Source: Octopus vulgaris (lineage: Eukaryota). From it: a stretch of 64,000 nt of DNA. Below are positions 26,467-40,148 of this stretch, in pieces. Below the pieces are notes generated by a model. It was not told where the DNA came from, searched no databases, and was given only the letters and a program-made list of their open reading frames with translations. Every line of letters begins with the position of its first letter. Within the stretch, counting starts at the first letter, position 1. Location: the NCBI GenBank assembly GCA_951406725.2, contig OX597814.1, positions 119,598,001 to 119,662,000 on the forward strand, written 5' to 3'. A program made the translations under genes and the position numbers.

Positions 26467-26850
26467 TAGATAGATAGATAGATACATACATACATACATA
26501 CAAACATACATATAATTTTTAATTGTCATCACGCAATATGAATGTAGACCTTTAGCTGAGTTTAATATCCAAGTTCGGATTGACTTAGAATTACAGAATT
26601 TTAGAAATGTATCTATAATTAGTATGAAATATTTCCATATATATCGGAGATACTACTGTAAAATTAACACTATAATTAGTACCAGCTGACTTCATTATCC
26701 AGTAGTGTATCATAAAAGTGCGTTGAAGTAATAAGTGCAAAGAAACTTATGCATATTTTCAGCTTTCTTCTCTTCTATTCAATTGTAAATGATGTTGTTT
26801 ACATCTTACTCATACTCTTGTAATCTTTCAATATTTGCAATACTGCGCCA
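24100..26850 (+). pseudogene. Decayed leprecan/CRTAP-like paralogue F, interrupted by microsatellites, a SINE and other repeats
   Basis: CVSCRRLSGIHEFKLVPY..FYANML (24324-24420), KYLHV*NECISE, FM*DLVYTLHKF and RPLAEFNIQVRIDLELQ (about 26545-26595), then hydrophobic MHIFSFLLFYSIVNDVVYILLILL. Confidence 0.5.
25469..25791 (-). mobile_element. Full-length tRNA-derived SINE family C with poly(A) tail and a Deu/Nin-like core
   Basis: Head GGAGGCGCAATGGCCCAGAGGTTAAG..GGTTTTGATTCCC, core CGATGGACTGGCGTCCCGTC..CAGAAACCGGG, and an A-tail. Confidence 0.85.
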
Positions 26851-27818
26851 ATATTTGTACACAGACTTGAAGTGTTTAATCGATCAAATGAATATCAGAG
26901 TTCATTTTATTTATTCATTTATTTATTTGTATGGTACTTTGTCAAACTGGTCTTAGATTTCATCCCTTCACTTATTTTATCGATCTGCCGAGATCTGTTG
27001 TGAAGCATTGTAACATAAATAAACGATACATAGAGAGGGACACAAGTAAAATATAACATTTCACACATACATGTAAACTCGTAAACACACGCAAACATTT
27101 ATATGACAGAAGAAGACGCTTGCTTTTATCGACGGGATTTGGGTGTAAAGCCTAATCCCGTGTTTTCGAAGCAGATCTATTAAATATCTAACTATATTAC
27201 CCAAACTACTTACTTATTTTATGTGAAATACAAGCAAATTCTGAATCACACAACCGTACTATCACCCATGCAAGCATGACTGCATTCATTTGTACTGTTT
27301 TATATATTTGAGTAGAGAAATATTCGTTTAGAATAGAAACATTGATACGTCCATAAATTTCTGAAGGGCTTTGAATTTTCTCAGATTGTCTGTCTTGTTT
27401 TTAACACATTTCTACACTATCATAGCCTTTTTTTGCGATTTATTGATCACATAAATATTAATATGAATCAGTGTAATTGATGGGTATATTTTTAATTCGG
27501 GTGCATTAGGCGTGTCTTTTTATTATAAGTCTAGTATTTTCTTTTCTTTCTTTTAATGAAAGAGGCTAAACTAGAGTTACAATTTTACAAATTTATCGAT
27601 CGGATAAACATTTCTTTCAAATACGTAATTTCTTTAAATCAAATTCATACATACATTACACACACACACGCACACACATATATATATGTTTGTATATGTG
27701 TACGTATATATATATATATATATATGTTTGTATATTTGTATGTGCGTATATATATATATATGTTTGTATATGTGTACGTGTATATATATATATATATATA
27801 TATTTCTATATATGTACG

Positions 27819-27857
<39 letters not shown>

Positions 27858-28952
27858 TTGAATGTGTAAGTGTGAGTGTGAGTATGTTTTATTTATGTAG
27901 GTTTTAGATTTCTGATTTCATTTGCACCTTGGGGAGTTGAAAAATAAACATGATTCAATATTCTCTTCCATTATTAAAATTATTCTTCTCATCAATCAAA
28001 ATAGAATCGTACCTCAGTTACCCCCCCCACCACCACCACCAACAAACACACAATTAGTTTAGTCATATTAATCAACGAGTGCTTTAATACTTTAATACTT
28101 TTCATTCTTTACATATAATTAACCAGTCTGGCCTGAAGCAATTCCTCTTTTGAATATTCATAGGGAGACTTTCATTTATCGAAATGAATGAACCGAAACT
28201 TTATATTTAGTATAATGAAATAAATAAAAAAAAATAAAGGACGACCATTTCGAATATATATGTTCGAGAAATTCTTGTTTGCTTTTATGTATGTGTTGAG
28301 TTTGTTTTTGTTGTTTCCTCGTGTTAGTATTCTATCAAAAAAGATCAGTAAAAATGACTTTATATGAAACAAGTGATCAATCCTAGAATCTCATTTCATG
28401 CAACGCATTTCTCTTTTCAAAATGATCATCACACACACATGCATCAACAAAATCATCATACAACTCATTTCTGTAACAATGTTGGACATATCCGCAAAAG
28501 TTCTTGATAGTTTAAAAGTTAGGCCAAATGTTGGCATTGGCCATGTCAAACGTAAAAGCACCACATGATAGCATATATGATGTCATTTTAAAGTCAAGTT
28601 TAATGAGTCGTTATTAATCTAAACAAGTTGTAGTACAGAAAAAACAAGTTTGAAAAGGCATAGCGAATATATGAAGATTTATTTAAATTTTGATGCGTGT
28701 GTGTGTGAGTCTACAAATACACTTGACCGGTTTGACATTTGATTTCGAAAGTGTATGTTAAGTAGAGTCGTGTAACAAACTGTATGTTTTGTGTCAGTTG
28801 TTCTGATAATCATTTGTTTATTTAACGAGAGAATGTGATACAGGCCGTGATCACTGAAAGTAGGCATGAGTGGTTGAGAGTGACATGAAAAGTTAATGCT
28901 GCGGTTCCCAACCTCGCTGGTGTTCCGTAAATGTAGAACTGGGAGGTCTATG

Positions 28953-29158
28953 GAGCTCTCTCCTTTCGTCCGACGTCTTTTTGTTCGATGACATTTTTTT
29001 GTCCAACGACAAGTCATATTAATAAAATTCGCAATGATTATTTGATGTTGAAGTTCTCTTATTTCTTCTAAAGGGTTTGTTTCAAACTGGAAAAAATCCG
29101 TTGAACAAAAAAACAAATCAACGGACGAAAAGACTTCGGACGAAAAGACGGGTCACGA
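28953..29158. mobile_element. MITE with imperfect TIRs built from CGGACGAAAAGAC subrepeats
   Basis: CTTTCGTCCGACGTCTTTTTGTTCG on the left and CGGACGAAAAGACTTCGGACGAAAAGACG on the right. Confidence 0.75.
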
Positions 29159-29297
29159 TCTGCTCTGTGTGTGTGTTTGTGTATGTATATATATATATAT
29201 ATGCAGATATATACATACATGTACATACATATATATATACATATGTATACATATATATATATACATAGATATACATATTTATACATACACACACAGA

Positions 29298-29334
<37 letters not shown>

Positions 29335-29734
29335 GCGTGATTGTGTATAGAAGTATATATTAATAAAAGGAGTTCCAACCTTGTCTGATTTTCACGTTTT
29401 ATTTACAATCTTATAATGATATAATATAATATGATATAATATAATATAATAAAATAAAATAAAATAATAGAATGTTAAATGTTCATTCTGATTGAACTAG
29501 TACTTCCATGCATTAAATTCTGCAATCTTCAGGTCCATGTAGTAGTGGTGACAGTCATGATTCACAATTTTTGACTGTAGCGAGATGATTAAATATGTGT
29601 CTTAAATACAGCTGTGTAGACTCCAGATTGCTAGGTTTCGCAAACTGTATTCTGACCAATCAGTGTGTAGTATCACTCAATTACTTAAGCTTATTGGTTT
29701 AGGCGCCACGCTTTGTTGAACATGTCAAGAGTGC

Positions 29735-29885
29735 TGTATCTTATATATATGCTCTCCTTCCACTCTGTTGAAGAGCTTAGGCTCGAAACATAAAAGACTT
29801 CTCCATTTTTCCCGAGCGTCGAAATAATAAACTTGATTGTTGTTCCTAGACCTGTCTCAATCATTGTTTTTCTATAAATTTGAAA
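29735..29885 (+). mobile_element. Short repeat carrying a variant hammerhead-like motif (CTGTTGA core)
   Basis: CTGTTGA-A-GAGC-TTAG-GCTC-GAAAC-AT-A-AAAG. The same family occurs inverted at 44270-44380 and 46160-46300. Confidence 0.6.
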
Positions 29886-29886
29886 T

Positions 29887-29921
<35 letters not shown>

Positions 29922-31689
29922 CATACATATTTTACAGCACCTTATTGGATGCATAACTTCATATCAAATCTATCCCCGTACTTAAATATGTTTAAATGCC
30001 ACACTTATTCTATGCCGCCTTCTGTCGATCTCCTATGTTACAGGTGTGAAACCCACAAACACAGTTCCCAGGCAGTGGAAGATGAGCACAAAAGCTCTTA
30101 CACTCACATACATGTGTGACGATCTTCCACACGGTTTCTTTTGACCTACGTCACTCACCTTGGATCAGTATTCTTAGGAATATAGTAGAAGAGACCTTGT
30201 TGTGACAGATCTTGAAACCCCATACTATACAACACGGGCATATCTATGCGTGCATTATATACGGTTGTACACGCGCATTCATTTTATATCTAATTATATA
30301 TACAGATATTTGCATATACGTATATATATTTGGTTATATATCCATGCTTGCGTGTCAGAATATAAGCATTTCCGCCCACACACATATACATAAAGTGCCC
30401 CAGCACAACACGTTGCAATGTCACTCGTTTACAACGCCTAATACAATCATCTTAGACAGGCAACTCTTCACCCTGTGTACTAAGAGGCAAGATATCTAGT
30501 TTTGCACGGCAAAACGACCAAAGTTCATCTTGCACTGAGATGTAACTTGATACGATATCCTCTACATAACTTTACTGTCGATTACAAATATACAAGGGCG
30601 ATTAAGATTTATATATCTTGTCTGAGTCTAACATGAAAACGGGACGGACGTCAATGTGGCAGCCTTTCTGCGTGTGAACGAAGACAGGGGCAAGTGGAGA
30701 TTCTTGACAGCTAGAATATTTATATAATGTAGTTGCTTTCTTAATTTCTTTAATATATGTTTGGCATGTTCAACTAGGAATTATGATAACCTTCAATGTA
30801 CGGTAATGCATTTATCGTTGAAATTCAATAAATATCAATTCTCGCTACTGTATTATTAAATAATCTGAATTATAGTAGTTATTACGATGAATATTGACAC
30901 AAAGTTTGACGCTGGTGTACGATAATTGATAATCAGCTAAGATGTTAATGATTCGTGTTTTGTCACCTTTAGTGAATGATTCATGATGTCCATGCATCAG
31001 AAATGAAACCTTCAGTCGATGAAACCTTCAATACATAAGCATTAGTAGCAGCGTATTAATAATACACTGACAGACTGTATTCCTCTGTTCGTCTCTTACA
31101 GTGTTCGCATAAAAGACAAAGGAATTTGTTGAATCGACATTTTGTCGTAGTTACCCTTCAATGGTTTATATTACTAGTGAAATAGCTAAAGGGACATCAC
31201 AAAAATATTATAATGATAACAAATTTATTTAATAATTACTGATGGAAAAGGAAATATTATAGGGCCTTGCTATCTTTCCTAGAATAAATTATTATGCTGT
31301 AATTAATAACTGTTTTTGATGCCCATGAATACTAGACACTCTCAATTTCAACAGTGTAAGGCCCAACTTCAGTTTCAGGCACGGGGGTAAATTTTTGAGA
31401 CGTTTTTTTTATTGCTTTTGGAAAAAATGCGTGTTAGATATTATTAAATGGAGTACATGATTATATGATCAGTGGATGGAGTGTTAAATGTGTTGCTAGC
31501 CTGTTTTGTAGAGTAAGATTTATGTTCTTGTTATATCAAGACATTTCAGAGTGCCTCAAACTAAGGAAGAAACTGATATATTCAGAAATATTTTAAAATC
31601 ATATTTTGTGTCTTTTCAGTTATATATATGTAGATTGTGTGCATCAGAAAACACGGTTATATCAAATAACAAACATGACAGAAGTATGA

Positions 31690-31792
31690 ATAAATATTTC
31701 AATAATCGGGAGTCGATAAAATGTACAGGTGTCAAGGTAACCAGCATGCCAATACTTTTATATTTGATAACCTTGTGCCAAAATTTGAAATC

Positions 31793-31823
<31 letters not shown>

Positions 31824-32250
31824 TGATGATGATAATAATGATAATTATTATTATTTCATCCTTCGGTGTCGATAAAACAAGTACCCCTTAGGCACTGGAA
31901 TCGATTTAATCGAGTTCGCCTTTTCTCAAAATTGCTGAACTTGTGCCAAACTTAGAAATCACCATCAACATCATAAACATCATAAACATCATCATCAGTA
32001 GTAGTAGTAGTAATAGTAGTAGCAGTATTAGTAGTAGTAGTAGTTGAGAAAACCACGTTAGCTAATCGGACGAAATGTTTAGGAGATTTCTTTGTGCTCT
32101 CTTCTTCGCGAATTCAAACACCATAGGGGTTTACTTTGCTTTTCATTCTTTCAAATTAGATAAAATATGTACAAGTTGACTTCTACATCTTTGTAATCCA
32201 CTTACCCACTCCATTAAAACGGGTGAATCCGAGCCCCAAAATTTAAAACA

Positions 32251-32290
<40 letters not shown>

Positions 32291-32658
32291 GTTGTTGTTG
32301 TAGAAGTAGTGGTAGTAGTAGCAGCAGCAGCGGCGAGTTGGCATTTCGTCTGTCTCCGATCTGCGTTCATATTCAGCCGAGGTCGACTTTGCCCTTTATC
32401 TTTTCAAGGTCGATAAGTTAAGTACTTATGAAACACTGGGGTCGATATAATCGACTAGATCCCACCCCACAAATTTGAGGCCTTGTACCTCCAGTAGAAA
32501 CGATTATTATTATTAGTAGTAGTATTAGTATTATTATTATTATATTCGGGGTCGATAAAATGAGTACCAGTTGAAGACTGAGGTGGATGTAATCGACTCA
32601 GCCTCTCCCCCCCCCCAAATGGCTGCCTTTGTGGCAAAATTGGAAACTATTGTTATTA

Positions 32659-32705
<47 letters not shown>

Positions 32706-32790
32706 ATTATTATCATTATTATTATTATTATTAGTAGTAGTAGTAGTAGTAGTAGTAGCAGCAGCAGTAGCAGCAGCAGTAGCAGCAGCA
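31690..32790. repeat. Cluster of SINE family B fragments separated by (AAT)n/(AGT)n/(AGC)n tracts
   Basis: At least 5 GTCGATAAAA..GTAC..TAATCGAC..CCTTGTGCCAAAATT fragments. Confidence 0.8.
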
Positions 32791-33057
32791 TCGGCATTTT
32801 TGTAGTTTTTATTCTGTGTGTACATGTGGATTTGAAGAAAGAAATTTGAATTTGATCACAAATAATCCAAGAAAATACATAAATCTCATGCTCCTAAACC
32901 TGAAAAACTATTAATCATGTCCGTGAACTTACTGAACAATGCAGGATTGTTACAAATAAGTACACATAATATCATTTCAGTTCCTAGGTACAACTATTTC
33001 ATCGTATTTATGAATGTTAAGTATGACTTGACCTGTAAATTTATTAATTTAGATGTA

Positions 33058-33956
33058 CGTGGTGTTATCAATGAGTGTCCGGATTGTTGATATAGTAACG
33101 AAACTAAATCACGCAGAGTGAAGCTGCTTGGCATAAATTGACCTTGGCCTCTACTGCACAAGCGCACTAAGATTTATCTTTCTAGCTCTCTCCCGCTGTT
33201 TACGGCAGTGTTTGGAATGAAGGTGTGTAGCACGTGATCATTGAGTTAACCAAAACAGAAAACGTTGAGCAGGGAATTTGCATCAAATTTGGCCACGATC
33301 TAGGCAATATCTGCTCAGACGCCTTCGAAAAATTTTCAAAAATGTTTCATCATTCTCAGCACAATCAAAGATATCTTGTGAAACTGAAACCCGAGTGACT
33401 TTTTGGTCAGCTGAAAGCAGTTTTTGGCACAAACTTCGCAGACACGCGTCCCATACCCAAATCTTCAGTGATAATGGACTAAACGGAACCGTAAATAATT
33501 TGCACATTCTCTGATAACTCACGGATGGCGATTCAACGATTTACTCTCAGCGCTGCATGCACATGTGTGTTATTTTTCTCAGTTCTTCTGGTTGCGGGTC
33601 TACAAGAATTTTCGTCGATGTCCACACTTTTTCAGCCATCTTGGAAACGTCTGAACTACTCGTACACTTGGTTTATGCGGCTCATACACTCCTCTCCATA
33701 TCCTCTCTGTAACTTTGCACCGACCCCAGAGCAGGTATCACCTTGAACACTTTTTCTGCCATCGTCAATGTGACGATCACACGCTACACACCTTCATTCC
33801 AAGCACTGCTGTAAACAACGGAAGTGAGCTAGAAAGTTAAAACTTATTGCGCACTCACAACAGTATTCATAGTTAATCTTTGCCAAGCAGCTTTACTATG
33901 CGTGCTATATCTTCGTTACTACGGCCACAGTCCGGATACTTATTGATCAGACCTAG
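33058..33956 (-). mobile_element. Non-autonomous mariner derivative with two 5' ends (long inverted arms of about 200 bp) and TA target duplication
   Basis: TIR about CGAGGTCTGATCAATAAGTATCCGGA at both ends. The minus strand encodes the transposase N-terminus (FRRFQDG..IRELS..EDLGMGRVSAKFVPK/LLSADQK). The left arm carries VEQGICIKF on the plus strand. Confidence 0.9.
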
Positions 33957-35577
33957 TATTACCGAGAGAGAAAATACAAGTAACTTAAAGATGAGATTAA
34001 TAATTAACTGGAAGTTCATAGAAAGTTTTCAATATTTCTTTCTTCAGAGAATAGTGTAGGTTTTCACAAAGTTTTACAGGGTTTGCGTACAGAGTAACTG
34101 CAGTTTCTTGAGACTTTTCTGCTTCATCAGATTGATTTAGGGCAGTCATGTATTGCAACATTAACTTTAAGCAGTTTCTATTGATAACAATGTTGAATAA
34201 GACACTGCTATCATTTACTGTACTCGATGATATGTGGTCATAGTTTTGCGGTTCAGTCCCAGTTTAGCCCTGATTAAACATCCCAAGTATGACTAATTCC
34301 GCATATTTTCTGGTAAATTTTTCATTGAATCATTATCTAAGATGCCGTTTCTTCTTTAGGCTCTTAATATGTAGCTTGAGGAAAATTTGGCAGACATTTC
34401 TGGCAAAGTAAGACAAAGCAGAACATCTTGTGCAAAAGAAAAATGATAATAACCTCAATGTTAGACTTACTTGATTCAAAAAGACAATCCAAAGTCAAAA
34501 ATCATCATCTTTGTCTCCACTACTGATTCAAGTAATTTTCTCTCCTCTTAAACCTGAGCGCGACTATACGTAATCACTAATGAGATATCGTAATAAATGA
34601 ATAGGAAATCAATACAAGAACAATATAATAAATAAATACGTTAGGAAATTGAAACATCTAAGTGAGACATTACGGTGCTAAGTCAGAGATTAATGTATTT
34701 ATATTGAAATTTTGAATCTACTATTTTATTAGTTCATATTATACGCAGGAATCAATGTTCTGTTCGCATTGTATATTTTATGTGTGAAGAGGCGTTTTAC
34801 GAGACTAAATCACTACTTCTTACAATATAATTTCATTCATGACCATTAAATCATGAATAAAGTTCATGTACAAAAATAAAGAAACAAAATGTACATTTTC
34901 ATGTGCTGTGTGATGTTTATGGAGACTATATATATATATATATATACATGCATACATTATATGTATAATGTATGTATGTATATCGAGAGGAAGAGAGAGA
35001 GAGGCTTACGCTGAGACAAAATAAATTATAGTTTGCACTGGTCCTAAGGACAGTACATATTTTGACTCCATAAAGGTTAAACGTTTGGTTGAACTGAGGA
35101 AATTTTGAACTCTAAGCAATCGGATGCATTACTATTCATTAAATATTATAAATATGTAGCCACGGTGTGCAACAAACACATACACATGTATACTTTACAA
35201 ATGGCGTCTGTTAACAAATCTAAGTCCAATTGAAAACAACGTACCATTACAGTGTTTTAATGTGTTTTACACTATTCAGAAGAATATTTAGACATGGGAA
35301 TATTTCCCGTTCTGTTTTTCTGTTTTTCATGATTTGTTGATTTGTCAGAATAAAAGTCATGCATATATTTTGCACGCAAATATAATTCATGACAATCAAT
35401 GTTTAAACAAAACGGGAACCAGTAGACTAGTTTGTATTACATATAGAATGTATGTCAGTGATTCGATCATTATATTTTAAAGTCTGAAAGAAATTGAATA
35501 TAATCATTTTATCGGTAACGTTAGAATGAAATAGCGATGGTTCTGAAGCGAGGCAATTCATCTCCTAAATATACCAG

Positions 35578-35797
35578 AAGGCGGCAAGCTGGCAGAAACG
35601 TTAGCTCGCCGGCGAAATGCGTAGCCCCTATTTCGTCTGTCGTTACGTTCCGAGTTCAAATTCCACCGAGGTCGACTTTGCCTTTCATCCTTTCGGGGTC
35701 GATAAATTAAGTACCAGTTACGCACTGGGGCCGATGTAATCGACTTAATCCTCGTTTGTCTCCTCTGTGTTTAGCCCCTTGTGGGTAGTAAAGTAAT
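35578..35797 (+). mobile_element. Young full-length SINE family B copy
   Basis: AAGGCGGCAAGCTGGCAGAAACG..GTTCAAATTCC..GTGGGTAGTAAAG, with a probable ATACCAGAA target duplication on both sides. Confidence 0.93.
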
Positions 35798-38250
35798 ACA
35801 TACCAGAATTAGTTACCGTGTTTACCTTACAGTGAAGAGAATAGTGAGATGCATTTATATCCTGTTACATTCCGCGATGTAATTGTTAACACATGCTATC
35901 CAACTATATGGAATTTTATCTCATGTGTTATCATGGCACATGCATGACATTGCATGTTTACAATAAAGCCATATGAAAATTTAAGCATAAAAATTTAATC
36001 CTCTCACGCTGCTCAGGAAGTAAAATATATACTTCGTTTATGTTGCAATTTCGTTATTCGTTTTGATATTTAATTCATATGTTGTTTTATTTTTATACAT
36101 TAAATTTCGACAACGATGGAAACATACAAGATTTTGGGAAACCAGCAGCATTAGTTAACAAGTATACTTATTTCTATAAACTTGTATTAAAGATTTCAGT
36201 AGCATGCCCCGGATTATGAAAATATATTTAAGTTCCATACTACACAGAAGAACTGGAAAAAAATCCTTAGATTTTATATTCGAAATTGCTGAGATATATA
36301 TTTATACAAGGGCAATGTCTATTGCAAGGTAGCCACTTAGATGTAATAGTGATGCTTGAATAGCTGTTGTATTTAGTTCTGAAATAATTCACATGGTGGC
36401 AGCACTTTCTTGTGTAGCTATCAACGGATGTCGGTTATATTGGAACACAGTTTTATAGCAATGCTAGTACGATCGTTAGCCAGTATCTTCCGAACACGGG
36501 ATACAGATAATAGCTTTGATTTCCGGTAGATGTCGTTTGCAGTAAGCAAGGTGTTAAAAGGAAAGAGAAATATAGCTACATCAACATGTCCTTTTGTAAT
36601 AAAACCTAATGATCCGCTGAATTGTTGCAGCCTAATCTTTGTATTTCTCTGAATTCCTACAACTTTCCCTTTCCTTTCCTGTCTCATTCACAATCATTCT
36701 TCATTTACCATTTCGCACACACTTCTAAATCTACGGTCTGCCTACATTCATGCACTTCAATATTATTCCATCCTGTAATCTCTCTCTTTCTCTCTCTATC
36801 CGTCTCTCTATCTCTCGCTCTCACTCCGTTTTCTTTTTATCAATGTCAATATTTCTCTTTTGTTCTGTCCACTTCAACTAAATTCTACATATATTTTTCT
36901 TCAAGCGTTCCCGAAAGCCAGCTACATTATCTACTTCCATTTATCTTTCAAATGAAACACTGCTGAATTATTCGTAGATCCTCTTTATTCTGTACACACC
37001 CTGAATAGCTCTTTCGTCTTTTCATTTTATCAATGCAACTTTGTTCAAACTGATATAATCCACCATCTAGCGTGATATTCCAATTTTAGAAGAGAGTCTA
37101 GAAGAAATAAAGGGGATTTTAAGCCTATCTATGTTTCAATATCAGCAAAATCTTAAACAACACAGTTAAAACTTTAATCTAAATTGTCATTATGTTATGG
37201 ACAAAAATAAAAGTGGATACGGTCTTCTGCAGCGGAGGGTAAACACACACTCACCACTCGCTAGCAGGTTACGCTTATCAGTTGCAAGCATACCCCATAT
37301 TTGTATAATAACCTAAGATGTATAAGAAATTCACGTTTATATGGCAATAAATATATCTCAGCCAATGGCATGCGCCATTAAACTAAACCTAACCTTACAT
37401 AGCTAACTATTATCAATGCAAAACGTATTTGATAAAACGATTTTTGATACGAAAATCGAAATGGTAAAATGATTATGCATCATCATTATCGTTTTAAGTT
37501 TGCTATCCTTGTAGATATTTACTGAACTGGTCGGTGCTGCTCTCTGAGATGGCGGATAACCACATTACGCTTGCTTGATCATTCGTACCTTCATTTCTAC
37601 GACTAGATTTCCCTTCCTAGCACAACTCACTTGCGTATGGGCTGCCTTTTATTTTCGTTACCAGCTTAAAAATATTTGTCATATATTTGACAATATTAAA
37701 GTGACTACTTGAACCACACACTTAGAATAGACTAGGTGCATTTACTATTTTACCAGATGCAGAAAAAACAGAGGAGAGGGTGTGATGGCTAGGAAGATCT
37801 GAATAAAATAGTGAGACTGAGTGATAGGTGTCGATACCAAAAGGATAGGTGGGAGTATAGGTAGGATGATTGGGAATTATTCGCATATAAGATTCTTTAA
37901 GGATACGCCTCGTGATGAGCGAGTGAAGATGGTCATTAATGATGAGAGAGAGAGATGGCATCCTTTGTTATTTTGGAAGTAATATAGTGTTAAATGATAC
38001 ACTGCCAATCTTAGTCAAAAAAGCAAAATTGTATAATGATATTTCGAAACGGACAATATAAGAGTATTGTAAGGGTATTGCATCATAAAAGTATGGATCG
38101 TAGATGCTTAGAGGACAATGGCAGGTACGTGTGATGATATACATGTATCTGTGACAAGGAAACTTGCGATAAGAGGAGGCGAATTACAGGGGTGGGGTGA
38201 GGTGAAAGCGTTTATGTAGAGATGAAGGGGCCAGTGAACAAAACAAAACG

Positions 38251-38294
<44 letters not shown>

Positions 38295-38295
<1 letters not shown>

Positions 38296-38672
38296 TTGCC
38301 TTTTACTTGTTTCTAGTAACTTGAATGCGGCCATGCTGGAGCATCACCTTTAGTCGAAGAAATCGACCCCAGGACCTATTCTTTGTAAGTCTAGTAGTAA
38401 TTATATCGGTTTCTTTTGCCGAACCACTAGGTTACGGGGAGGTAAACACCCCAACATCGTTTGCAAAGCGATGTTTGTGGAACAAACACCGACAAACAAT
38501 TACATACATATATACATATATATACGACGAGCTACTTTCAGTCTAGCGAATCCATTCATAAGGCTTTGGTCGATCCAAGGCTATAGCAGCAGACATTTGC
38601 CTCGCACTGGGACTGAAACCGTAACCATGTGGTTGTGAAGCAAGCTTCTTACAACACAGCCACGCTTGCGAG
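38295..38672 (-). mobile_element. SINE family A copy
   Basis: GCGGCCATGCTGGAGCA..ACCATGTGGTTG..ACACAGCCACGCTTGCG. Confidence 0.88.
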
Positions 38673-39089
38673 GATATCTTCTACAAACATATACGACTTG
38701 CATACAGATAGATTCATATATTTGTGCATACGTGTTTATACATATGTATTAAAAATATATGCATGTGTGCGTACATTTATGTATATTTACGAATATGTAT
38801 ATTTGTATATATTAACTTATGTGTATGCATGTGTATATAAATGTGTGTGTAGAGAATTAATAAATATGTCAAGCGTCTTTTCATTAAACTCTTTAATGAC
38901 TTTTCGTCTCTCCATATAGATTAGCCCCGATATCACGCGTTTACCTATCGCAAGTGTATTTTGTCACAGAGCTCTTTTTCACTCCTCCGTCACTCATACC
39001 TGCCACTGACACCTATGTATCTATCTACCACTCTCTCATCATTCCGTTCTCTAACAGACCTTTATTTTCTCTTTCTCGACCTCGTTTTA

Positions 39090-39700
39090 CTATGAAAAAG
39101 AATGTGATGAAAGTGTATCGCTTAAACATAGCTTTCTTCTTCCATAGTGTTCTCTTAGCCAGCGTTCTTCTTCCTGATATGCAGCAAGTTCACATCTCTC
39201 CTAATACGTTTCGTGTCATTTGGGCTTCTTTTTCTCAGAGGTTACATTCAATTTGAGGGATCAACACTGGTTTCTAACGAATCACTACTCCACAAGTACC
39301 ATTGCCCAAACAGGAGCAGTCTTCTGACATGCATACTAAAACTGATTCCACTTATATACAGGTTTGTTTCTTTCTATCAGCTTATTTGTGCTCCATCGCA
39401 TACAAGTATTATGCATCCATAGAAACATGCTTGCGTTATCTTTTTTTAATCTTCGTACGTTATTTTCGCCCGAAGCCCACTTCCTATTGCCATGCAAATC
39501 ACAAAATCTGCTATTCAATATAAGGGGAAAAACATTTGCTGATAGTAGAAGTAATAGATTCCTGAAATTTTATATCTCTTTACCCCTTCTGGCTACTATT
39601 CTTTCGGGAACACACACTTCCCACATCTAATTAAGCCACCTAGGTAACGGAGCTGACTACTTGTAGAATGACACAAAGGTATTTGGTCTTCAAGAGTTTC
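39090..39700 (-). mobile_element. RTE-type LINE 3' fragment
   Basis: ERIVARR..NFRNLLLLL..LHGNRKWA..RRLKKDNASMFLWM resembles the RTE FRELLPLL..LHGSETWA..RRLERNEASMLRWM block. Confidence 0.75.
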
Positions 39701-40006
39701 TTTCTTATGTTCTCTTATCACCTGCTGCATGTTAAGTGTACTTTCTGCCTCAGCATCAAGATATTTCGACGTTAAAATTTCTAATTCTAGTACCGAAGCA
39801 CATACATATATTCATATATGCATACAGGAAATATATATATATATATATGTATAAATATCAATATATACCTATCCATCTCTCTCCGTGTGTGTGAATGAGA
39901 AGATTTTTTCCAAGATCATCTATCCATAGGATTTTCCTGTATGCATATATAAATATATGTATGTGTTTCGGTACTAGAATTAGAAATGTTAATGTCGAAA
40001 CATCTT

Positions 40007-40148
<142 letters not shown>

